From Octopus vulgaris (lineage: Eukaryota), in the NCBI GenBank assembly GCA_951406725.2, contig OX597819.1:8742001-8806000 (forward strand): 64,000 bases of DNA, read 5' to 3'. Position 1 is the stretch's first letter; every line of letters starts with the position of its first letter. Of the stretch, positions 55,127 through 64,000 are shown in pieces. Position numbers and translations under genes: made by a program. Under the pieces are notes generated by a model. The model was not told the DNA's origin and searched no databases. It saw only the letters and a list, made by a program, of their open reading frames with translations.

Positions 55127-55545
55127 TTTTCTACTATAGACATAAGCCCTAAAATTTTGAGGGAGGGGATTAATCGATTACATCGACCTCAGTGCGTAAC
55201 TGGTACTTATTTCATCGACCCCGAAAATATGAAAGGCAAAGTCGACCTTGGCGGAATTTGAACTTAGAACGAAAAAACGGACGAAATGCCGCTAAGTATT
55301 TTGCCCGGTGTGCTAACAATTCTGCCAGCTCGTCGCCTCTGGTTTTAAATTTTGGCACAAGGCCAGTAGTTTTTTTGCGAGAGAGGGGTTAAGTCGATTA
55401 CATCAACCCCAGTGATCAACTGGTTTTATCGACCCCGAAAGAATGAAAGGTCTCTGCAGAATTTAAACTCATAAAGTACAGACAGGCGAAATTCTGCAAA
55501 GCGTTTTGTCCGCCTAGCTAACAGTTCTGCCAGCACGAGGTCGCC

Positions 55546-55640
<95 letters not shown>

Positions 55641-55930
55641 AAGAAGAAGAAGAAGAAGAAGAAGAAGAAGAAGAAGAAGAAGAAGAAGAAGAAGAAGAAG
55701 AAGAAGAAGAAGAAGAAGAAGAAGAAGAAGAAGAATTTTATATTTTGGCACGAGGTCGCCAATTTCGAGGAAGGGGTTAAGTCTATTAAATCGACCTCAG
55801 TGCTCAACTGGTACTTGACCCCGAAACGGTGAAAGTCAAAATCGACCTCGGTGAAATTGAAACCTAGAACGTGAAGACGGATGAAATGCTGCTAAGCATT
55901 TTGTCCGGCGTGCCAATGGCTCTGCCAGCG
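55127..55930 (-). mobile_element. Three head-to-tail SINE B copies with (AAT)n/(GAA)n tracts
   Basis: Units at ~55127-55338, 55345-55546 and 55735-55930. Confidence 0.8.
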
Positions 55931-57278
55931 GGTAAGAAAATAAACAAATTGCATAAGTTGTTTAGCCCTAGGTATACACTGACACAATAAACCTTTATCT
56001 ATGTCCAACCAATCTCATAGAAATGCTGATAACCAATACATGGGAATATCTTTTACCATTGATTCGTTGCATTATGAAAAATCTAGTCTTTTAATAAGGG
56101 CGTATCAATGTTTTTCCTTTAAATACCACTATGCAACCTATATAAGAAACATACCTTACGTTAAGGAGAATTGCACCTAATGCACACAAATATGCTCACC
56201 ACATTCCGTAAACATATTCACACAAATATACACATGATATACCCACGATGAATGGTGATGCAACAGACACACAAGTCTTAACTTCATACAGAGATTTTGT
56301 GAAGCTCATACTTTTCTGCAAGCATATCACTCAGAACATTCGAGCGTTGACATTGATTACAGGCGTGATGTTACCCAATAATTCGCACACACGCGCAAGC
56401 ACACGTTCACACACAAACTAACTCACACAACACACACATATACACACATTTGTGTAATTTTAAAAACAAGCTGTTCGTAAAGAAGGTAGATTTTAAACAT
56501 TATTATATAAATATAATGTTAAATGCAAGGCTTACACAAATGACACCTACTACTTTGCATTAGCAGCGTTACACTGTCCTTAACATGACCAGCATCACAA
56601 TCGTAAACAGCGCTTTATTGGACGTCACATATAAAGAGCAGGAGCAATGAATAACTGCGACAGAATGTCAGAGCATGCTAGTAATCCGATGCGATAATTA
56701 AAGTCAATAATAGGAATGAGCAATGCTATGCAATTGTTAGATATGTGTGACAGAATCAAGCTATGCAGCCATGTTTATCAGATCTAAAAATAAAATTTCT
56801 TAAGTTCAACAGTAAGATTTCCAGAATAATTACAAATTCAATTGGTAATGAGTTCATAGTCACATGTATAAACATAGGAGTAAGCGTATGAATATATACT
56901 TATTTACATGTGTTTGTGAGATTGTGTGTGTATGCTTGTGTCTGTATGTGTCTGTCTGTGTGTGTGTAAATAAGGTAAAGAATATTTTATGTAAAGTAAA
57001 ATGAATGTGGAGATCATTTATGATAAAAATATTATCATCGTTTTCGGAATCATTTTCACTCGCACTAGACTCGTGCACTCCATCACATGTAGATGCGATC
57101 GTCGATTCACAAGTATTCGTAGACAGACTAGTAGTTTTCTGAAAAAAAAAAGTTTTGAGTTTTTGCTCAGATATTTTCTTCGCTCCCTATAAATTTCTCA
57201 GTAACTCGCCGAGGCATTTAAAATTTTTATATTTATCATAAAACTCGTAAATCTGGGGTCTAGTAAAGTGATAAAGTA

Positions 57279-57352
<74 letters not shown>

Positions 57353-58297
57353 ATACATATATATAGGCAAATTTGTTGTTGAAAATGCACCTAAATTTGA
57401 AACACTTGTAATTGTTTAAAATAAATTTACTTACATATATACCAAACTAGTTTCACCAATATCTTTTGTTTCTCAATGGTAAAAAATTTAAATTAGAAAT
57501 TAGAAAAACATCCTTAAAAGTTTCAATGCTGGCTAATTAAAATTTTTATAGCAGACAAATTTAAAATTATTAATTAGGAAAACATGTTTAGAAATTTCGA
57601 TACTGACAAATTTAAATGTTCATAACAGTCCATAATATTAAAACTGTGCATCAATTTGTTTGAATGTACAAACCTCATTAGTTTCAGTAGTAATCGCTTA
57701 AGAGGGAAAAAGCAAACAAAAAATGAAGATAGTAAAAAAAGGGATTTGGTTTACAGTTAGTCTCATCCTGTTTTTGATGTATTTATGATTTTTTCCGCGA
57801 GTGGATTTGATTTTTGATTCGTTAAAGTACTGGTGACGTCTTATTTTTCCGGTGCTCAAATCTGTCGTTCTACTTGGTTGGCTTCCCTGTAGGGAACTGC
57901 CCGTCCCTGCACACATTCTGAATATGAAATTCAGTTTATCAAACATTTCCTTAATCTGCCTCAGAAGCGATTTTCCAACAGTACACGAATATTCTAAACA
58001 ATTCAGCCTGCAAAATTTAAATCATGTGTATATCTTGAACAACAGTTATTGAAATTGTATGACTGGCTCGGTAGTTGCCATAAAGAAAATAGTATACTCT
58101 ACCAGTAACAACTTTGAGAAAACTATTGCCAAATTTAAGCGTGAAAAACTTTCTAAATATCCTAGAACAATTCACTTCACCCTACCAATTACAACTTCAA
58201 CACACTTTCACCCTGCCTTCCAAACTTAAACTACCTCAAGACCAACATTATCTAAAGTACAATTGTAACCATAAACAATAAAACCTCAATCACAGCC

Positions 58298-58354
<57 letters not shown>

Positions 58355-58532
58355 TGTGTATTTATTTATATATATATACATATTTGAGGGAAACCACTAT
58401 GTGGACACCCTTATGCTAGAAATAGATCCGCTATGGTCTTACCACTAAGAAATGTTCTCAAGAAAAATTTAGCAAAACAACCAAAGCGTAATCGAGCAAG
58501 ACAAAAGAAAAAGTAATAAAAATATGAATTAT

Positions 58533-58604
58533 CCGCATACATGTTTCACTATTACCATATTACGTAAGTTTAGTCACATAGATGTCCGTAGATCATCGGT
58601 GCGA
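58533..58604 (-). ncRNA. Type I hammerhead, U4C variant
   Basis: TCGCA-CCGATGA-tCTA...TAGt-GAAA-CATG-TA-TGCGG. Confidence 0.75.
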
Positions 58605-59071
58605 CCGTCCAGATTAATATAATTAGCAGGACTGCATACTAGGACATCCGCGCAAAGTCAGACTTGTAAAACAGTCCTACCCATTACATTCGTGGCTACT
58701 ATTTCAAATGTCCTCGTTTTGGCGCGCTAAATTATCGGAAAAACTGCTGCTGCATATAATACTTTACTGCAGTGACTTTGCCAGTTAGAGAACGTATTAA
58801 TTTAAATTTAAATTTAAAATGAGGGTGAGAAATTAGATATTAATTTAATTAACATCGATTTCACACCAGTGGTCTAGCATATTAAAAACTGAAGGTTCAG
58901 TAAAATTGTATTATATACATATTAGAGGGAAACCATTATATGGACACCCTTATGCTAGAAATAGATCCGCTATGATCTTACCATTAAGAAATGTTCTCAA
59001 GAAAAATTTAGCAAAACAACCAAAACGTAATCGAGCAAGACAAAAGAAAAAGCAAGAAAAATATGGATTAT

Positions 59072-59143
59072 TCGCATACATGTTTCACTATTACCATATT
59101 ACGTAAGTTTACTTACATAAATGTCCGTAGATCATCGGTGCGA
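59072..59143 (-). ncRNA. Type I hammerhead, U4C variant
   Basis: Same as above, with a perfect helix I TCGCA/TGCGA. Confidence 0.75.
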
Positions 59144-59630
59144 CCGTCCAGATGAATATAATTAGCAGGACTGCATACTAGGACGTCTGCGCAAAGTCAG
59201 ACTTGTAAAACATTACACTCGTGGCCACATATATATAGCATCAGTACCAAAGCAGTTCAAAGACACAACACAATCAGTTTACAGCATGTGTATACATACA
59301 TATATACAACCATACGTACATATATACACCACACACTTATACGAATACATATACTTATTGACATGCACAATTATCTTTTTTTTAAAGTAAGAACTGAATT
59401 TGTTATCGTTTCAAGCGATCCAAAACATACTGGATAATGTAATCCAAGATATACTAGTAGCCTGGGAAAACAGCTATGAATTCATCCTCGAATTCCAAAG
59501 ATCATAGGTCTGCTCAATCAGGGTCGGTGTACAGCGACACAATAATTACGGTAACAACGAAACAATGATATAACAATCTCATATATTTTGAGAAGAGCCA
59601 CTTTACAAATTCGCTTAAAAGTTCACTAGA

Positions 59631-60014
59631 TGGATGGAAGGACTCCGTCGGTTACGACGACGAGGGTTCCGGTTGATCCGATTAACGGAACAGCCTGCTC
59701 GTGAAATTAACGTGTAAGTGGCTGAGCATTCCACAGACACGTGTACTCTTAACGTAGTTCTCGGGGATATTCAGTGTGACACAGAGAGTGACAAGGCCGG
59801 CCCCTTGAAATACAGGTACAACAGAAACAAGAAGTAAGAGTGAGAGAAAGTTGTGATGAAAGAGTACAGCAGGGATCTCCACCATCCCTGCCGGAGCCTC
59901 ATGGAGCTTTAGGTGTTTTCGCTCAATAAACACTCACAACGCCTGGTCTGGGAATCGAAACCGCGATCCTACGACCGCGATCCGCTGCCCTAACCACTGG
60001 GCCATTGCACCTCC
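59631..60014 (-). mobile_element. SINE family C, tail type 2
   Basis: TSD aagttcactaga. Confidence 0.9.
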
Positions 60015-60710
60015 AAGTTCACTAGAACACTTCACATCGTTTGTTATCCTCTGAACTGCTTCAATTGTTCATGATTTATCCCGGTAATTGAACTAGATAC
60101 AGGTCTTTATACTCTGATCTTAAAGCTGACCTGAATTTTTCCTGTATATATTTCAGAATAAACCAATTTCATCCAGATTTTCATTTTCTTCAGAAACGGA
60201 AATCAAATTATTCAGTACATTTTCTTTTATTTCTTTTATGTTATTTATATTATTTTCTTTACTTCCCGTTTTTTTAATATTATTTTTCTTTACTTCCCGA
60301 TATTTATTATATTTCTATTCCCTTAGAGAAAATACGTAAATATGTTACTATAATGTTAAATAAAATATGATTAATGCTACAGAAAAATTAAAATATTGCT
60401 CCTTGCAGATATATTGCTCCTTGCTGAAGTGAAAATTCATGGGTGAAAGATTTAATGGGAACGAATTCAAAAGGAATATTTGAAATGTTGATGGCAGCAA
60501 TATGTTTAGCGTAAAAACCAAGATGTTGAGATTTTATAGACAAATGTTTCTAAACAAAACATTTTCATAGCCGGCAATTGAACAGAAAAACAACTTTACA
60601 CTGTAGGTAAAATACATTGTGAAGGACCAACATTTATATGAATCTTCTGATCAAGATGTATTATCTTGTTTTATTCCCGAAGTTTTTTAGTTTAACTCAT
60701 GCAAATAACT

Positions 60711-61115
60711 CAGGCGCAGGAGTGGCTGTGTGGTAAGTAGCTTGCTAACCAACCACATGGTTCCGGGTTCAGTCCCACTGCGTGGCATCTTGGGCAAGTG
60801 TCTTCTGCTATAGCCCTGGGCCGACCAATGCCTTGTGAGTGGATTTGGTAGACGGAAACTGAAAGAAGCCTGTCGTATATAAGTATATATATATAAGTGT
60901 GTCTGTATATGTTTGTGTGTCTGTGTTTGTCCCCCTAGCATTGCTTGACAACCGATGCTGGTGTGTTTACGTCTCCGTTACTTAGCGGTTCGACAAAAGA
61001 GACCGATAGAATAAGTACTGGGCTTACAACGAATAAGTCCCGGGGTCGATTTGTTCGACTAAAGGCGGTGCTCCAGCATGGCCGCAGTCAAATGACTGAA
61101 ACAAGTAAAAGAGTA
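60711..61115 (+). mobile_element. SINE family A
   Basis: Full-length match. Confidence 0.9.
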
Positions 61116-61362
61116 CAAGAGAGAGAGAGTGATACCTTACAGTAAGGAGGTGTTTTTTTATGTGTGCCAGTGTTTGTGTACAACTGTATGTATATAGAGA
61201 GATCCATTATAGGTAGAATCAACAAAAGGAGTACTACATCCAGTTTGAGAAAAAAAGAAGGAAAAGAAACACCAGAAGAAGACTGGTGCAAAAGATGGAA
61301 CGGGCAGGAAGAAAGAAAGAAGTTACAAACCGCTAAGCTATGAGGACGAGCTTCGACGACGA

Positions 61363-61523
61363 CGACGGGCTTCTTTCAGTTTCCGTCTACCAAATCCACT
61401 CACAGGGCTTTGACCGGCCCGAGGCTATAGTAGAAAACACTTACCCAAGGTTCAACACAGTGGAACTGAAACCGGAACCATGTGGCTGGGAAGCAAGCTT
61501 CTTACCACACAGCCACGCCTGCG

Positions 61524-61526
<3 letters not shown>
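61363..61526 (-). mobile_element. SINE family A, 5' half
   Basis: cgacgggcttctttcag...cctgcgcct. Confidence 0.8.
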
Positions 61527-61589
<63 letters not shown>

Positions 61590-61660
61590 GTATATATATA
61601 TATGCATACATATGTATATATATGTGTATATATATGTATATATATGCATACATATGTAAA

Positions 61661-61702
<42 letters not shown>

Positions 61703-62576
61703 TATATATGTATATATATATATGTGTGAATATATATATGTATATATATTTGTATATATATATAAGTATAGATATAGATGTATATATATAAGTATATATA
61801 TGTATGTATAGATATACATGTATATATATATATATGTATTTATTTATGGATGTATGTATGTATATATATATGTATATATGTGTGTATGTATGTATGTATG
61901 TATGTATGTATGTATGTATGTATGTATGTATGTATGTATGTATGTATGTATGTATGTATGTGCGTGCGTTTGTCACTGAAAATTATTTATTTTCCAACGA
62001 GAATTCAGCAACGCCACCTAGCCAAGCAGCTACTCTGTGCCGATAAACAGCAATAACTCAGAAACCGGTCCACAGATGACGCTTTGTGTTGGATGGAGGT
62101 GCTGGACTCGCTGTTCGAAAATATAAGGACAAACATTTTGTGTCATATAGCCAGCTGGAAACGATGTTTCCTGGGGCGAAGCAACAGTAACAATCGTCCT
62201 ATCTAGGACAGCCACATTATGTTGGCAAATAAAGCAGTAGTAGTAAAAATGCTAAGACAACAATGATTATACTGTATATTAATATTAAACACAACGTTTT
62301 AAAAACGTCTAATATGAAGGAAGATGCCCGCTACATTGCTTTGCAAACAACTTGCACATGCAAGTGCTACCATTCGTGAACTCCACATACCGGAAGCCAG
62401 CAAGTGTATGGGATCATCAGGAGAGAATGCGCGCCGTTTCGGGGCCTACCTCTCGACGGCATCAATGCGCACCGGACCCCTCACTGATATGAGGCTCCGC
62501 TTACTGGTTACCAAATAAAGCTCAATATTCTTCTAACCATCGTTTATCGTCTCTTTTAAACCAAATCCAGTGAATT

Positions 62577-62838
62577 AGAGGGAAACCACTATGTGGACAC
62601 CCTTATGCTAGAAATAGATCCGCTATGGTCTTACCACTAAGAAATGTTCTCAAGAAAAATTTAGCAAAACAACCAAAATGTAATCGAGCAAGACAAAAGA
62701 AAAAGCAAGAAAAATATGGATTATCCGCATACATGTTTCACTATTAACATATTACGTAAGTTTACTTACATAAATGTCCGTAGATCATCGGTGCGACCGT
62801 CCAGATGAATATAATTAGCAGGACTGCATACTAGGACG
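62577..62838 (-). mobile_element. Third copy of the 58.4-kb HHR module (HHR at 62725-62796)
   Basis: Near-identical to 58925-59186. Confidence 0.85.
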
Positions 62839-62876
62839 CATGCCGATTTTACATATAATCGTGTGCTCCTACGTTT

Positions 62877-63100
62877 TCACAAGCAATTCTTGTCAAATTT
62901 TTGGATATCGGTCATGGTGGCATTCCCTTTACGATGAGTTAGACCGAACGATAACAATAGTCGTCTCACATTGTGTCCAACAAACCCTCTATATCCGACT
63001 TCGATTCGAAAATGCCCCTCTTTCCAGCCTGCGTCTTTACATTCCTTGTGGAGGTTTACATAACAGTCAATCTTTCGAGCCCGAGCGGCGTCCATCTTAA
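62877..63100 (-). pseudogene. C-terminal restriction-like endonuclease region of an RLE-type LINE (Hero/NeSL-like)
   Basis: ARARKIDCYVNLHKECKDAGWK...IEVGYRGFVG matches the RK..KY..L..EC...GW....IEVG.RGF pattern. Confidence 0.7.
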
Positions 63101-63781
63101 CTCGATTACATTCACAACTTTTTTTTCTTTCATACCGCATTAAAATGTCTGATTTTTTCGTAACTGGGATGGAGTCCCTGGCACCCTGGTAAATTTGCAG
63201 TCTCCTCCCAACAGCCGTTCCACTTGCAACATCAACAGCGAGTGAGACAATTCGTGACAATAGAGAGAATATTAAATTGCACAAGAAGTTATGTTTTTTA
63301 CATGCTTGAACCAAATTTCTTCATAGATCTAATGTGGTGCTTAAATTGAGACGGATTTTTCAAGGATCGGACTCGACTTAAGGCACCGATGATCATGGTG
63401 GTCACTTTTTAAAAAAAGTCAAATGGCTTGTTATATAAGGATTTGCAGAAAATTTAAGGTAAAACTTCTAAAGGAATAAACCAATCCTTTTAATATAAGA
63501 CTGTTAAAGCAGAAAAATATGCAACTTGAAAATATTTTCTCATAATAGAAATGTCTATGTAACCGATTCTTTTCGTACACTAGCGTCCTACCTCTAGAAA
63601 TGAGTGTCTGTGTAGAGCTTTAGATTATGTAGTTACCCACCAGTTTAGGTGATGGTGACGCGATAAAGGAAACACCACACAAACATTTGTTTTTTCTCTC
63701 TCCCCACCTCTCATTCCCCCTCTCTCTCTCCCTCTCTCTCCTCTTCTCTCCCTCTCTCTCATACACACATATATACACATA

Positions 63782-64000
63782 TTCTTTTACTCTTTTACTT
63801 GTTTCAGTCATTTGACTGCGGCCATGCTGGAGCACCGCCTTTAATCGAGCAACTCGACCCCGGGACTTATTCTTTTGTAAGCCCAGTACTTATTCTATCG
63901 GTCTCTTTTGCCGAACCGCTTAGTAACGGGGACATAAACACACCAGCATCGGTTGTCAAGCAATGCTAGGGGACAAACACAGACACACAAACACACACAC
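63782..64000 (-). mobile_element. SINE family A (runs off the window)
   Basis: 3' half match. Confidence 0.9.

Larger units (their letters stand above)
58386..59225 (-). mobile_element. HHR-bearing partial tandem repeat (539-bp period), retrozyme/pLTR-like
   Basis: gagggaaacca...gacttgtaaaac at 58386 and 58925; bounded by TA/TG microsatellites. Confidence 0.85.

Noticed and set aside
58386-59225. CRISPR-like or LTR-retrotransposon interpretation of the direct repeats
   Set aside because: Eukaryotic context, no repeat-spacer periodicity, and no TG..CA ends, PBS or gag-pol.

Overview
This is an AT-rich, microsatellite-saturated eukaryotic window, intergenic or intronic, with no convincing host gene. 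The repeat families strongly resemble octopus/cephalopod genomic DNA (inference). Almost all ORF-track entries are microsatellite or SINE artefacts. Identifiable content: three families of tRNA-headed SINEs (about 25 copies); about 8 non-autonomous Helitrons plus a RepHel remnant; about 7 Tc1/mariner relics; LINE scraps; and several Penelope-like retroelements (PLEs), one with an uninterrupted RT-thumb plus GIY-YIG frame. The most striking feature is about 18 type I hammerhead-ribozyme (HHR) motifs from at least 8 unrelated sequence families. They sit in short elements wedged into (TA)n arrays, often as palindromes or partial tandems. Their cores include the canonical CUGANGA and variants: compensatory U3-A8 and G3-C8 pairs, U4C, and A6U. 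Nearly all have a palindromic or near-palindromic helix III, suited to dimeric cleavage. A 1.7-kb nested palindrome at 24.5-26.3 kb is built from such modules. All alignments and folds were done by eye.
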